In this document: one piece after another, positions 1 through 10,062 of the stretch | Numbering within the stretch: position 1 is the stretch's first letter | Layout: each line of letters opens with the position of its first letter | Program-made: the position numbers and the translations under genes | From: Alphaproteobacteria bacterium Ga0077535 | GTDB taxonomy: Bacteria > Pseudomonadota > Alphaproteobacteria > Caulobacterales > Aquidulcibacteraceae | Length of the DNA stretch: 64,000 bases | Direction of reading: 5' to 3' | NCBI GenBank assembly: GCA_001464425.1 | Contig: LNEK01000042.1 | Coordinates: 70,841-134,840 of the forward strand | Notes under the pieces: generated by a model | What the model was told of the DNA's origin: nothing | Databases searched by the model: none | Seen by the model: the letters and a program-made list of their open reading frames with translations, nothing else

Positions 1-502
1 TTGGCGCTTTTTTGCTGGCCAGCGCCTTCTGCAAGTACGGCAAGTGAAAACTGTTGCCGAGCGGCTCCGGGCCCATCGCTTTGAAAAACGGGTGCGACTC
101 CAGTTCGCTTTCAGCAATCAGATCCATGTAGCCAAAGCGGCGCGGATCGTTGAACTCCAACCTTGCGCCCTCTTCCATTTCCAATACGACGTGTGTGTGC
201 GCCGGGTTGGTCGGCTCCGCGTAGTAGAAATCGCCGGGCTGACGCTTGGCGCCAAGGATGGACCAGCGCCCGGTCATGCCGAGATGCGTGATCCACACCG
301 CACCATCATCCAAATGCGCAAGCAGATATTTCGCCCGCCGCCCAAGCGCATCGACGCGTCGGCCGATAAGTCGCGCTGCAAAGCGCGGCGGGAACGGAAA
401 GCGCAAATCGGCGCGTTTCGTGCGCGCGCGCAAAATTCGCCGGCCCACCAAAGCAGGGGCGAGGCCGCGCCGGACGGTTTCCACTTCGGGAAGCTCAGGC
501 AT
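1..502 (-). CDS. mutM: Formamidopyrimidine-DNA glycosylase (Fpg/MutM), N-terminal ~167 codons; 3' end outside window
   Basis: Not in ORF track (no stop in window). Reverse strand from ATG 502-500 reads [17 protein letters not shown]...[12 protein letters not shown], the invariant Fpg N-terminus (PELPEVE). Confidence 0.9.
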   Translation of the reverse strand, partial: MPELPEVETVRRGLAPALVGRRILRARTKRADLRFPFPPRFAARLIGRRVDALGRRAKYLLAHLDDGAVWITHLGMTGRWSILGAKRQPGDFYYAEPTNPAHTHVVLEMEEGARLEFNDPRRFGYMDLIAESELESHPFFKAMGPEPLGNSFHLPYLQKALASKKAP

Positions 503-585
503 GCGGCGAAATGTCGGAAATCAAACGCGAAACCATGGAGGTCCGATATAGCCCCGCCCCTGGGGCGCCGCTATGGTCCGCAACC

Positions 586-1353
586 ATGAAAGACGATACC
601 GCCGCCGACACCGCCTCCTTCGGATTCAAGGAAGTGCCGAAAGCCGAAAAGGCTTCGATGGTGCGCGAGGTGTTCTCCTCGGTCGCCAACAAATACGACC
701 TGATGAACGATGCCATGTCAGGCGGCATGCACCGGCTCTGGAAAGATGCGGCGGCGGCGAAGCTCAATCCGCAGCCGGGCGAGCTCATTCTCGATGTCGC
801 CGGCGGCACAGGCGACATCGCGCGGCGGCTGAAGAAGCTTGGCGACGGCGCAGCGAAACGGCGCGGGCTCGAGCCGCCGGAAATCCACGTTATCGACATC
901 AACACGGAGATGCTGGAAGCCGGCCGCGCACGTGGTGAAGACGGACTTAATTGGCATGAAGGCGATGCCGAGAATCTGCCCGTCGATGACGCGGCGGCGG
1001 ACGCCTACATCATCAGCTTCGGCATCCGGAACTGCACCGATATTCCCGCTGTGCTGCGCGATGCGCGGCGGGTGCTGAAGCCGGGTGGGCGGTTCTTCTG
1101 CTTGGAGTTCTCGCGCCTCGCTGTGGGCGGGCTTGAGCCGGTTTATGATTTCTTTTCGTTTAACGCGATCCCGGCAATGGGGAAATTGCTCGCGAACGAC
1201 GCGGAATCCTACAGATATCTGGTGGAATCCATCCGCCGGTTTCCGGATCAGGAAACATTCTTGGGTATGATCCGCGACGCAGGCTTTTCGCGCGCTGGTT
1301 ACCGAAACATGGCCGGCGGCGTCTGCGCACTGCATTGGGGTTGGGCGGTTTAG
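586..1353 (+). CDS. ubiE: Ubiquinone/menaquinone biosynthesis C-methyltransferase UbiE
   Basis: Frame of track ORF 511..1353, trimmed to ATG 586 ([17 protein letters not shown]). Signature [22 protein letters not shown] and SAM motif DVAGGTGD. Start uncertain (511 also possible). Confidence 0.9.
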   Translation: MKDDTAADTASFGFKEVPKAEKASMVREVFSSVANKYDLMNDAMSGGMHRLWKDAAAAKLNPQPGELILDVAGGTGDIARRLKKLGDGAAKRRGLEPPEIHVIDINTEMLEAGRARGEDGLNWHEGDAENLPVDDAAADAYIISFGIRNCTDIPAVLRDARRVLKPGGRFFCLEFSRLAVGGLEPVYDFFSFNAIPAMGKLLANDAESYRYLVESIRRFPDQETFLGMIRDAGFSRAGYRNMAGGVCALHWGWAV

Positions 1354-3053
1354 TGCTTTCCTGGGTTGGTCATAGCTGGCGATTGATGCGCGTGGCGGCG
1401 ACGCTTGCGCGCTACGACGTGCTGCTGCCCGAGGAATATTACGATCGCTATTCCGTCCCGCTGCAGGCGACGCATACGGCGCTGCGCATCTTCGCAAAGC
1501 GCCGGCGCGGCCGCAGCGTCGGCGTGCGGTTGGCTAAGGCGCTAGAGCGTCTGGGGCCTGCTTATGTGAAGGTCGGCCAATTCCTGGCGACACGGCCAGA
1601 CATGATTGGCGTCACCGTCGCCCAGGAACTCGGCCGACTGAAAGATCGCCTGCCGCCCTTCTCGCGCACCGTCGCGCTCGACACCATCAACGCCGAACTC
1701 GGCGGCACTGAAGAATTGTTCGCCGGTATTTCCGAAGCGATGGGCGCGGCGTCCATCGCCCAGGTGCACCAGGCAATCGTACCGCGCCAAGGCGTCGTCG
1801 CTATCAAGGTGCTGCGCCCACGCATCGAGAAGAAGCTCGCCAAGGAAATGGGCGCGCTGCGCTTTCTGGCGCAGGCGATCGAATTTTTCTCGCCGCGCTC
1901 GCGCCGGCTCGAGCCGGTGCAATTTATCGACACGGTTTCGTCCGCGCTGGAACGCGAACTCGATCTGCGTCTGGAAGCTGGCGCAGCTGCAGAGTTCCGC
2001 GAAGTCGCAGCGAAGGACGGCTACCTAACCGTCCCCGAAATCGATTGGTCGCGCTCGTCCAAGCGGGTGATGACGCTCGATTGGATCGACGGCACACCGC
2101 TGACCGACAGCAAAGCGCTCGACCGAGCGGGCGCCAATCGCAGCGAACTGGCGACGGCGATCACGCGCGGCTTTCTCGCCGCGGCGCTCGATTACGGCTT
2201 CTTCCACGCCGACATGCACGAGGGCAACATGCTCTACGGCAAGGACGGCAAGCTGTGGATCGTCGACTTCGGCATCATGGGCCGTATCGGCCACAAGGAG
2301 CGGCGCTATCTCGCGGAAATTCTATACGGCTTCCTGAAACGCGATTATCGCCGCGTAGCTGAAGTGCACCAAGAAGCCGGCTACGTGCCGGATCGCTTCA
2401 CGGTTGACGAGTTTGCGCAGGCGCTGCGCGCGATCGGCGAGCCGATCTTCGGCAAGACGGCTGACGGCATTTCGATGAGCCGCCTGCTTCTGCAATTGTT
2501 CGACGTCTCCCATATGTTCGGCATGCATCTGCGGCCGGAACTGGTTTTGCTGCAAAAGACCATGGTGCAGGTCGAAGGCGTCGCGCGCGCACTCGATCCA
2601 CAGCACGACATGTGGGCGGCTTCCCGCCCGATCGTGGAGCGCTGGGTACAGCGTGAACTCGGGCCCGAAGCGGTGGCCAAGCGCGCAATCGATGAAGCAG
2701 CACTCGCGCTGGCGTCTATGCGACGCTTGCCGCAAACGCTCGCCGCTGTCGAAGCCGCAGCGCGTAAGGTTAGCGAAGACGCGCCCCGCGAAGAGCGGCA
2801 ATGGTATCAGGACCCGAAGTTCTGGATCGGCATGATCGGCGGCGCCATCTTAGCGCTGGTGCTGACCGCCAACAGCCGCCGCGCCGCGCCGGTGGCGGCG
2901 CCTGAGCCCGCTCGTATGGAAGCACCGGGCTGGTTTGAACGCGCGCCGGAGCGCGGACCGATGCCTGAAGTTGTCGACGCTCCAGCCGAACCAGCGGATG
3001 GCGAAGCCGCGCCTGCAACCGAAGCCGCACCTCAAACGGATGCAAATCCATGA
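1353..3053 (+). CDS. ubiB: UbiB/ABC1-family ubiquinone biosynthesis kinase-like protein
   Basis: Track ORF 1335..3053. Motifs LERLGPAYVKVGQFLATRPDMIG, GAASIAQVH, FFHADMHEGN; C-terminal TM segment. GTG 1353 overlaps the ubiE stop; start uncertain. Confidence 0.9.
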   Translation: MLSWVGHSWRLMRVAATLARYDVLLPEEYYDRYSVPLQATHTALRIFAKRRRGRSVGVRLAKALERLGPAYVKVGQFLATRPDMIGVTVAQELGRLKDRLPPFSRTVALDTINAELGGTEELFAGISEAMGAASIAQVHQAIVPRQGVVAIKVLRPRIEKKLAKEMGALRFLAQAIEFFSPRSRRLEPVQFIDTVSSALERELDLRLEAGAAAEFREVAAKDGYLTVPEIDWSRSSKRVMTLDWIDGTPLTDSKALDRAGANRSELATAITRGFLAAALDYGFFHADMHEGNMLYGKDGKLWIVDFGIMGRIGHKERRYLAEILYGFLKRDYRRVAEVHQEAGYVPDRFTVDEFAQALRAIGEPIFGKTADGISMSRLLLQLFDVSHMFGMHLRPELVLLQKTMVQVEGVARALDPQHDMWAASRPIVERWVQRELGPEAVAKRAIDEAALALASMRRLPQTLAAVEAAARKVSEDAPREERQWYQDPKFWIGMIGGAILALVLTANSRRAAPVAAPEPARMEAPGWFERAPERGPMPEVVDAPAEPADGEAAPATEAAPQTDANP

Positions 3054-4255
3054 GCAAGCGCGTCCTCCTCATCATCGGCGGCGGCATCGCGGCGTATAAG
3101 AGCCTCGACTTGATCCGCCGGCTAAAGGAAACCGGCGCCGCTGTGCGCGTGGTGATGACGGACGCGGCGCAGCGTTTTGTGACGCCACTTGCGGCAGGTG
3201 CGCTCGTCGGCGAGCGCGTGTTTACCGATCTGTTCGATCAGGCGCAGGAATTCGACGTTGGCCACATCCGGCTGGCGCGCGAGTGCGATCTCATCATCGT
3301 AGCGCCGGCCACGGCCGATCTGATGGCGAAGGCGGCGCATGGCCTCGCCAACGATCTCGCTTCCGCCGTGCTGCTCGCGACGGATAAACCCGTGCTGATG
3401 GCCCCGGCGATGAACCCGCTGATGTGGTCACACACTGCCACGCGCCGGAATTTCGAGACGCTGAGCGCTGACGGCATTCGCTTCATCGGCCCTAATGCCG
3501 GCGAGATGGCCGAACGCGGCGAAGCTGGCGTCGGCCGCATGGCTGAGCCAACCGAAATCCGCGACGCCGCGTTGGCGCTGCTCAGCGACGGCCCGCTTAA
3601 AGGCAAGCGCGCGCTGGTGACGGCAGGCCCAACAATCGAAGCGATCGACCCAGTGCGTTTTCTCTCCAACCGCTCGAGCGGCAAGCAGGGTTACGCTATC
3701 GCTGCCGCGTTGGCCGAACTCGGCGCCGAAGTAACCTTGGTTTCCGGCCCAACCAATCTGCCCGCCCCTGCCGGTGTGAAGCGCGTCAGCGTTGAAAGCG
3801 CGCGCGAAATGCTGGCGGCGAGCGAAGCGGCGTTGCCGTTGGACGTTGCGGTGATGGTTGCGGCCGTAGCCGATTGGCGGCCGAAGCAAGCGGCGGACGA
3901 AAAGCTCAAGAAGGACAAGACTGGCCTTCCCGCGATCGATCTCACCGAGAACCCGGACATCCTCGCCACGCTCTCCAAGCCCGGCAAGAAACGGCCGAAG
4001 CTGATGGTAGGCTTTGCGGCGGAGACGGAGAACGTAGAGGAACACGCCCGCGCCAAGATCGCCAAGAAGGGCTGCGACTGGATCGTCGCCAATGACGTCT
4101 CCGGCGACGTGATGGGCGGGGCTGAGAACCAGGTGCTGCTGATCACCAAGGACGGCGTTCAGTCGTGGCCGCGGATGGCGAAAGAAGCTGTGGCGCGCAA
4201 GCTCGCAGCCGAGATTGCGGCGGCGCTGACCGCTAAGGCACCAGGCCGGAAGTAA
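3050..4255 (+). CDS. coaBC: Bifunctional phosphopantothenoylcysteine decarboxylase / phosphopantothenate-cysteine ligase
   Basis: 401 aa. N-terminal flavoprotein motif GGGIAAYK and C-terminal ligase motif NRSSGKQGYAIA. ATGA overlap with the ubiB stop. Confidence 0.92.
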   Translation: MSKRVLLIIGGGIAAYKSLDLIRRLKETGAAVRVVMTDAAQRFVTPLAAGALVGERVFTDLFDQAQEFDVGHIRLARECDLIIVAPATADLMAKAAHGLANDLASAVLLATDKPVLMAPAMNPLMWSHTATRRNFETLSADGIRFIGPNAGEMAERGEAGVGRMAEPTEIRDAALALLSDGPLKGKRALVTAGPTIEAIDPVRFLSNRSSGKQGYAIAAALAELGAEVTLVSGPTNLPAPAGVKRVSVESAREMLAASEAALPLDVAVMVAAVADWRPKQAADEKLKKDKTGLPAIDLTENPDILATLSKPGKKRPKLMVGFAAETENVEEHARAKIAKKGCDWIVANDVSGDVMGGAENQVLLITKDGVQSWPRMAKEAVARKLAAEIAAALTAKAPGRK

Positions 4256-4392
4256 CCGGCTGCATCCCGCCCCTGCGTAAACGCGGTGCCTTGGCCCTTG
4301 AGTCGGGCGCGCCAGGCGCTATGTAGAGACCTTCAAACCAATCCCGATTCCAGCGCCAAGCGCGCACCGCGCGCCTGAGGACACTCGCCTGC

Positions 4393-4764
4393 ATGAGCTT
4401 TCAGAACCACAACGAACGCCGCGAAGCCGCCGAAGCCGCCAAGAAGGCGATGCTTGAAAAGTTCAAGAACAAGCCGGCGATCGACCCGAAGGTAGCCGCT
4501 GAGCGCGCCGAGGCCGCCAAAGCCCGCGAAGCCAAGCGCATCGAAGCCGAAGAGCGCCGCAAGGCCCGCGTCGAAGCTGAGAAGCTTGAGCGCATGCTTG
4601 CCGCCGAAGCCAAGGCCAAGGAAGAAGAAGAGCGCGTGAAGCGTGAGGCCGAAGAAGCTGAAGCTAAGGCGAAAGCTGATGCTGAAGCGGAAGAGATCCG
4701 CGCCTACGAACTGAAAGCGCGCCGCGATCTGAAGTACGCCGCACGCAAAGCCCGCCAGAAATAA
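4393..4764 (+). CDS. Small Lys/Glu/Ala-rich protein (possibly DUF6481 family)
   Basis: 123-aa ORF, highly charged helical low-complexity sequence (AEAKAKEEEERVKREAEEAEAKAKADAEAEE). GC3-rich codons; family assignment from memory only. Confidence 0.6.
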   Translation: MSFQNHNERREAAEAAKKAMLEKFKNKPAIDPKVAAERAEAAKAREAKRIEAEERRKARVEAEKLERMLAAEAKAKEEEERVKREAEEAEAKAKADAEAEEIRAYELKARRDLKYAARKARQK

Positions 4765-4816
4765 TCACGGCGTCGCGCCGGTTTCGCCTCTGGCGAATCC
4801 GGTTTAAGTCCAGCGT

Positions 4817-5281
4817 ATGGACCCGCGCACAATCACTATCCAAGTCACGCCGCTGCCGCACTTCGAGGGGCTGGCGCTGCCGAGTTATGAAACGGCGCTT
4901 TCCGCCGGCATGGATCTGCGCGCCGCTGTCGCGGACGATGCGCCGCTCGAAGTTGCGCCCGGCCAGCGTGTGCTGGCGCCGACGGGGCTCACCATCGCAC
5001 TGCCAGCCGGATACGAAGCGCAAATTCGTCCGCGTTCGGGCCTGGCGCTGAAGCACGGCATCACCTGTCTCAACACGCCCGGCACCATCGACGCTGATTA
5101 TCGGGGCGAGGTGAAAGTCATCCTGATCAATCTCGGGCAGGAGCCGTTCGTGATCCGCCGCGGTGAGCGCATCGCGCAAATGGTGATCGCACCGGTGACG
5201 CAAGGGACGTGGGACGTGGTCGAGGTGCTTTCGGAAACGGCGCGCGGCGCCGGCGGATTTGGCTCGACCGGACGCGGCTGA
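4817..5281 (+). CDS. dut: dUTP diphosphatase
   Basis: 154 aa. dUTPase motifs [37 protein letters not shown]. Confidence 0.93.
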   Translation: MDPRTITIQVTPLPHFEGLALPSYETALSAGMDLRAAVADDAPLEVAPGQRVLAPTGLTIALPAGYEAQIRPRSGLALKHGITCLNTPGTIDADYRGEVKVILINLGQEPFVIRRGERIAQMVIAPVTQGTWDVVEVLSETARGAGGFGSTGRG

Positions 5282-5343
5282 ACGACTCGACGGAAATGGC
5301 CTGACCGACTAGCCTCCGCCTTCTATTGAGGTTGGGGGATCTC

Positions 5344-5979
5344 ATGCGTGGTCTGATCATCATGGTGGCGCTGCTCCTGGTTTTGGGCGGCGCGGGATAC
5401 GCAGTCTGGCGGATGAACCCGGGGCTGCTACAAGCGCCCGCTTCGGCGCCGGCCGGTGCACCAGAAGCGGCGGCGCAGCCTGAGCGTTTGCGCGCGGAAT
5501 ATTGCTCCGCTCAGGACGCCGTCTACACGTACCGCCGCGATCCGACGCTGACGATGCGGCTCGTCGATGGGCCCGACATGGTGCGCGCGTACGGCGCTTC
5601 GGCGTCGAGCTACGCCAATCTTGGCAATCTATTTTTCGTGGTGCGTCAGGGCGAACAAGAGTTCCGGTTCGCCGCGGCCTCATCGCAAGGGGTGACGCTC
5701 AACTACCTCTTCCCGCTGCGCAACGACGACTCGGTGACCATCCCCGCAGGCGTCGATCTCATTCAGGTCAGCACATTCGATTCAGAGTTCGCGTACACAC
5801 CCGGCTTGCCGCGCCTGGAATACGCCGCGCCTGCCTATATCTACGCGCCGAACATGACCCGCTACCTCTACAACAATAGCAGCCCGCGTATCGAAGCGCC
5901 GGTGGACTTCTTCGACTTCCAGTCGTGCGAAACCACCGCGCCGCCTGCGGCGCCGGAAGCTGCACAGCCGGCGCAATAA
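5344..5979 (+). CDS. Hypothetical membrane-anchored protein
   Basis: Track ORF 5326..5979, trimmed to ATG 5344 (MRGLIIMVALLLVLGGAGYAVW = N-terminal TM helix). No recognisable domain. Confidence 0.55.
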   Translation: MRGLIIMVALLLVLGGAGYAVWRMNPGLLQAPASAPAGAPEAAAQPERLRAEYCSAQDAVYTYRRDPTLTMRLVDGPDMVRAYGASASSYANLGNLFFVVRQGEQEFRFAAASSQGVTLNYLFPLRNDDSVTIPAGVDLIQVSTFDSEFAYTPGLPRLEYAAPAYIYAPNMTRYLYNNSSPRIEAPVDFFDFQSCETTAPPAAPEAAQPAQ

Positions 5980-5996
5980 GCTGCTATAGCGGCGCG

Positions 5997-6740
5997 ATGA
6001 AACTCAGCGCTGAGGAACGTGATCGCTATGCGCGCCATATCCTGCTGAAGGAGATCGGCGGGCCAGGTCAGCAACGGCTGAAAACAGCGCGCGTTGCTAT
6101 CGTGGGCGCCGGCGGCTTGGGCGCGCCGGCTGCGCTTTATCTCGCAGCGGCGGGCGTGGGCAGCATCAGGTTGATTGATCACGATACCGTCGCGCTCTCG
6201 AACCTGCAGCGGCAGATTATCTTTGAAGCCGGCGACGTCGGCGCATCGAAAGTCGAGCGCGCCGCCGCTGCGCTGGAAGCGCTAAACGCCAACGTAAGCA
6301 TTGAGCCACGCGCAGAGCGGCTTGACGCGGCGAACGCGCGCCAAGTGCTGGACGGCGTCGATCTTGTGCTCGATGGCACTGACGTTTTCGCCACCCGCTT
6401 TGCCGTGAATGAGGCCTGTCACGCTCTTGGCATCACATTGATCTCGGGCGCAGTCGGGCGGTGGAGCGGGCAAGTCGCCGCGTTTGCACCGGAGGGCCCG
6501 TGTTATCGCTGCTTTGTTCCGGAGACACCGCCAGACGCAGAGACCTGCGAACGCGTCGGCGTTGTCGGCGCGCTCACGGGTGTGATCGGGTCGATGATGG
6601 CCCTGGAAGCGATCAAGCACATCACTGAAGCAGGTCAGACTTTGGCGGGACGTATCATGCTGTTCGACGGCCTCAGCGCCGAAGCGCGCACTGTGAAGCT
6701 CGCACGCGACCCCGCCTGCCCTGTGTGCGGCGATGAGTGA
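5997..6740 (+). CDS. moeB: ThiF/MoeB/HesA-family adenylyltransferase (molybdopterin-synthase adenylyltransferase-like)
   Basis: Track ORF 5925..6740, trimmed to ATG 5997 (MKLSAEERDRYARHILLKEIG). Nucleotide-binding IVGAGGLGAPAALYLAAAGVG and Zn motifs CYRC / CPVC. Confidence 0.85.
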   Translation: MKLSAEERDRYARHILLKEIGGPGQQRLKTARVAIVGAGGLGAPAALYLAAAGVGSIRLIDHDTVALSNLQRQIIFEAGDVGASKVERAAAALEALNANVSIEPRAERLDAANARQVLDGVDLVLDGTDVFATRFAVNEACHALGITLISGAVGRWSGQVAAFAPEGPCYRCFVPETPPDAETCERVGVVGALTGVIGSMMALEAIKHITEAGQTLAGRIMLFDGLSAEARTVKLARDPACPVCGDE

Positions 6741-7326
6741 GTGGCGCGACCTTCTGATCGCAGCCGCGCGGCGCGATGCCGAGACGCGTATGCGCCTCGT
6801 TCAAAGCGGCGAGCTTTTCGCCGGCTATCATCCCGAGATGGAAGCCGTGCACTTGGAGAACGCCGCGTTGCTTGAGCGCGCGCTCGACGCGATCGGCTGG
6901 CCCGGACCCGGCGCGCTCGGCGACGAAGGCGCCGCGGCGGCTTTCATGATTCTCCAGCACGCCATATCGCGGCCTGACGTACAAAGGCGCGGACTCGCGC
7001 TCATGCTCGACGCCATACCGCGCGGCCAAGCCAACGCGCTCGACGCCGCCTACCTCGCCGACCGCATCGCCGTGTTCGAAGGCGCCGAGCAGACGTTCGG
7101 AACCCAGTTCGACTGGGACGCGAATGGCCAGCTCTCGCCAGCGCCGACGCGCGATCCAGCCGATCTCGATGAACGCCGCGCCAGCGTCGGGCTGCCGCCC
7201 ATCAGCGAGGTCACTGTCCACATGCGCGCGCGAGCCGCTTCGGAAGGCGACGCGCCGCCCGCGGACCGCGCACAACGACAGGCCGATTTTGAAGTTTGGG
7301 CTCGCCGCGTCGGCTGGCGCGCTTGA
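6733..7326 (+). CDS. Hypothetical protein (DUF6624-like)
   Basis: 197 aa; overlaps the moeB stop. The pattern GWPG...GDEGAAAAFMILQH...AYLADRIAVFEGAEQTFGTQF resembles DUF6624 proteins as I recall them. Confidence 0.6.
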   Translation: MSEWRDLLIAAARRDAETRMRLVQSGELFAGYHPEMEAVHLENAALLERALDAIGWPGPGALGDEGAAAAFMILQHAISRPDVQRRGLALMLDAIPRGQANALDAAYLADRIAVFEGAEQTFGTQFDWDANGQLSPAPTRDPADLDERRASVGLPPISEVTVHMRARAASEGDAPPADRAQRQADFEVWARRVGWRA

Positions 7327-7367
7327 CGGGCGCGCCTTGGCGTTCACTCTAGTGGCGGAGGTGCGGC

Positions 7368-8369
7368 ATGCGGTGGTTATTTGGTGCGATATTGGCGATC
7401 GTCGCGCTTATCGCGGTGGTTCTCGTCGGCGGCTATTTCGCGCTGAAGCGGTCAGACATTCCGTACGCCACGCTCGAGCAGACCTACGCGAGCGAAGAGT
7501 CTCAGTATCTAGACCTCGACACCGGCGTGCGGGTTCACTTCCGCGATCAGGGTCAATCGGCCGGCGCGCCAACGCTGCTGCTTATCCACGGCTTCTCGGC
7601 TTCACTGCACACGTGGGAGCCATGGGTGGAGCGTCTCGGCGAAAATTATCGCATCATCTCGCTTGATCTGCCTGGGCACGGACTAACGCAAGCGCCCGAA
7701 GACTATGACGCGTCGATCGACGCTTATGTCGATGTGGTGGAAGAGTTTGTGACCAAACAGAATCTGTCGCGCTTTGCCATCGCCGGGAATTCGATGGGCG
7801 GAAACGTCTCGTGGGAATATGCGCTCGCGCATCCAGAGCAAGTGCAGGCGCTTATCCTCGTCAATTCCTCTGGCTGGGAAGATACGCGCGAAGAAGTGCG
7901 CGACGAGCCGCAGATATTCCAGCTGCTTCGCAATCCCGTCATCGGCCCGCTGATGCGCGATCTCGACAACACGGCGCTGGTCCGCCAGGGCCTGGAAGCC
8001 GCGTATGCGGACGCGACCATTGTCGATGACGCATTAGTGCGCCGCCACACCGACATGTCGCGCGCGCCCGGACACCGCGACATCCTGCTGCAAATGACGC
8101 TGGGGTTCCGCGATCGCAACTATGCAACGCCAGAACGCCTAGCGCCGCTAGCGAACATGCCAGTGTTGATCATCCAGGGCGACGTCGATCGACTGGTGCC
8201 GCCAGAGCACGCGCGCCAGTTCAATAACGCGATTTCTGGTTCGCAATTGATGTGGATGGAGGGCGTTGGCCATGTGCCGCAAGAAACCGACGCCGACGAG
8301 ACAGCGACGGCAGTGAACGAATTTCTCTACGCCGTGTTCGAGCCCGCCGCTCTGGCGACAGCGAACTAG
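7368..8369 (+). CDS. Alpha/beta-fold hydrolase, N-terminal membrane anchor
   Basis: 333 aa. HG oxyanion motif LLLIHGFSAS, nucleophile elbow GNSMGG, C-terminal GVGHVPQE (catalytic His). Confidence 0.85.
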   Translation: MRWLFGAILAIVALIAVVLVGGYFALKRSDIPYATLEQTYASEESQYLDLDTGVRVHFRDQGQSAGAPTLLLIHGFSASLHTWEPWVERLGENYRIISLDLPGHGLTQAPEDYDASIDAYVDVVEEFVTKQNLSRFAIAGNSMGGNVSWEYALAHPEQVQALILVNSSGWEDTREEVRDEPQIFQLLRNPVIGPLMRDLDNTALVRQGLEAAYADATIVDDALVRRHTDMSRAPGHRDILLQMTLGFRDRNYATPERLAPLANMPVLIIQGDVDRLVPPEHARQFNNAISGSQLMWMEGVGHVPQETDADETATAVNEFLYAVFEPAALATAN

Positions 8370-8379
8370 AGCGCCGACG

Positions 8380-10020
8380 GTGCGTATTCCGCGCCGATCA
8401 CTGCTGCTGGCCGCATCGTTGGCGGCAGCGCCGCGCGCGGCTTGGCCGCAATCGCTGTCGGCCGGCGCGTTCACACACGGCGTAGCGTCCGGCGATCCAT
8501 TGCCGGATGGCGTCGTGATCTGGACGCGCTTTACGGGCGCCGAGGCGGCTTGGGAAATCGCTGAAGATGACGCGTTCGCTGACGTCGTGCAACGCGGCCG
8601 GGCGAGCGCCGCGCTAACAAGCGATTATTGCATCAAGGTCGATGTGCGCGGGCTCGCGCCAGGGCGGCGATACTTCTACCGCTTTCTCTCCGCGTCCGGG
8701 ACTTCACCAACAGGCGTCACGCGCACTGCCCCACAGGGCGATGCGGAGAGCTTGCGCGTTGCGCTCTTTTCCTGCGCCAACATGCCGTACGGCTACTTCC
8801 ACGCTTACGCCCATGCGGCCGCACGCGACGATATCGATCTCGTCTTGCACGCCGGCGATTACATCTACGAGGTGCCGCGCGGCCGCTATCCGACAAACGC
8901 CGAAGCCGTGCCGGGTCGCACGGTCGATCCGGTGCGCGAAACGGTGGCGCTCAACGATTATTACCAACGCTATGCCAGCTATCACACCGACCCGGCGCTC
9001 CTCGAACTCCGCCGCACCAAACCGATCGCTTCGGTGTGGGACGATCATGAGCTGGTGAACAACGCCTGGCGCGATGGCGCGTTAGATCACAACGCCCGTT
9101 ATGAGGGCGCCTACTCCGATCGCGTCGTTGCGGCGGCCAAGGCCTATTTCGACTGGATGCCGATCCGCGCGCCGGGCGGCCTTCGCCTCTATCGACTTCT
9201 CGACTGGGGCAATCTCGCGCGCATAGTCCTTTTGGATACGCGCCAGTTCGGGCGCGACGAGCAGATCGACTATCGCCGCACATTAACGCCGATGCTGGCG
9301 CAAGGCGGCGCCGATGCGGCGTCCGTTGTCGCGGCGTTTAGGCGGACAGTGTTGGACGACCCTGGCCGCACAATGCTCGGCGCAGCGCAAGAGCGCTGGT
9401 TGGCCGAGACGCTTGCTGCCTCAAAGGCGCGCGGCCAACGCTGGCAGATCGTGACGCAGCAAGTGGTGATGGGCGAGCAGATCGCGGCTCGTGACATCAC
9501 GCGCTTCCTGCCGCCAGACGTGTCATCCAACACCCGGCGCTGGTTTGCCGCCGGCGAGCAAGCGACCGCGCTTGGCTTGCCCTGGAACCTGGATTCCTGG
9601 GACGGTTATCCTGCCGCGCGCCAGCGCTTCCTGGAAACCTGCGCCGCGCACGCGAACAATGCCATCGTGCTTGGCGGCGATAGTCACAATTGCTGGGTCA
9701 ACAACCTAGCGCTCGGCGATCGCTTGGCCGCGATCGAGTTCGCCGGCGGCAGCGTCAGCTCGCCCGGCTTCGAGCGGCCGCTCTCAAACGCCGGTCCCGA
9801 CGAACGCGAAGCCGCCATGCGCGGCGCCAATCCGCATCTCGCTTGGTGCGACCTCACCCGCCGTGGCTACGCCGCGTTGACCTTCACGCACGCAGGTTGC
9901 GACGCGGAGTGGGTCGCGTTCGACTATGTGAGTGTGCCACAAGCGGGCGCGCCAACTCGTACGCAGCTGCAGGCGGCAGCATCGGATGCAGGTGGACCGG
10001 GAACTTGGACGCTTCTCTGA
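8380..10020 (+). CDS. phoD: PhoD-family alkaline phosphatase/phosphodiesterase (Tat-secreted)
   Basis: 546 aa. Twin-arginine signal (IPRRSLLLAASLAAAP). PhoD motifs GVASGDP, HAGDYIYE, VWDDHE, GGDSHNCW. Confidence 0.85.
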   Translation: MRIPRRSLLLAASLAAAPRAAWPQSLSAGAFTHGVASGDPLPDGVVIWTRFTGAEAAWEIAEDDAFADVVQRGRASAALTSDYCIKVDVRGLAPGRRYFYRFLSASGTSPTGVTRTAPQGDAESLRVALFSCANMPYGYFHAYAHAAARDDIDLVLHAGDYIYEVPRGRYPTNAEAVPGRTVDPVRETVALNDYYQRYASYHTDPALLELRRTKPIASVWDDHELVNNAWRDGALDHNARYEGAYSDRVVAAAKAYFDWMPIRAPGGLRLYRLLDWGNLARIVLLDTRQFGRDEQIDYRRTLTPMLAQGGADAASVVAAFRRTVLDDPGRTMLGAAQERWLAETLAASKARGQRWQIVTQQVVMGEQIAARDITRFLPPDVSSNTRRWFAAGEQATALGLPWNLDSWDGYPAARQRFLETCAAHANNAIVLGGDSHNCWVNNLALGDRLAAIEFAGGSVSSPGFERPLSNAGPDEREAAMRGANPHLAWCDLTRRGYAALTFTHAGCDAEWVAFDYVSVPQAGAPTRTQLQAAASDAGGPGTWTLL

Positions 10021-10062
10021 TCCCCGCTTGATTTGTCGGCGCCGGTTCGCCAGCGTGCGTGG

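Noticed and set aside
44-589. 181-aa plus-strand ORF at the window start
   Set aside because: Antisense to mutM, whose invariant N-terminus (MPELPEVE) is unambiguous on the minus strand.
7582-7589. DnaA-box-like TTATCCAC
   Set aside because: A single copy inside the hydrolase coding sequence. There is no cluster, no AT-rich unwinding element and no replication genes nearby.
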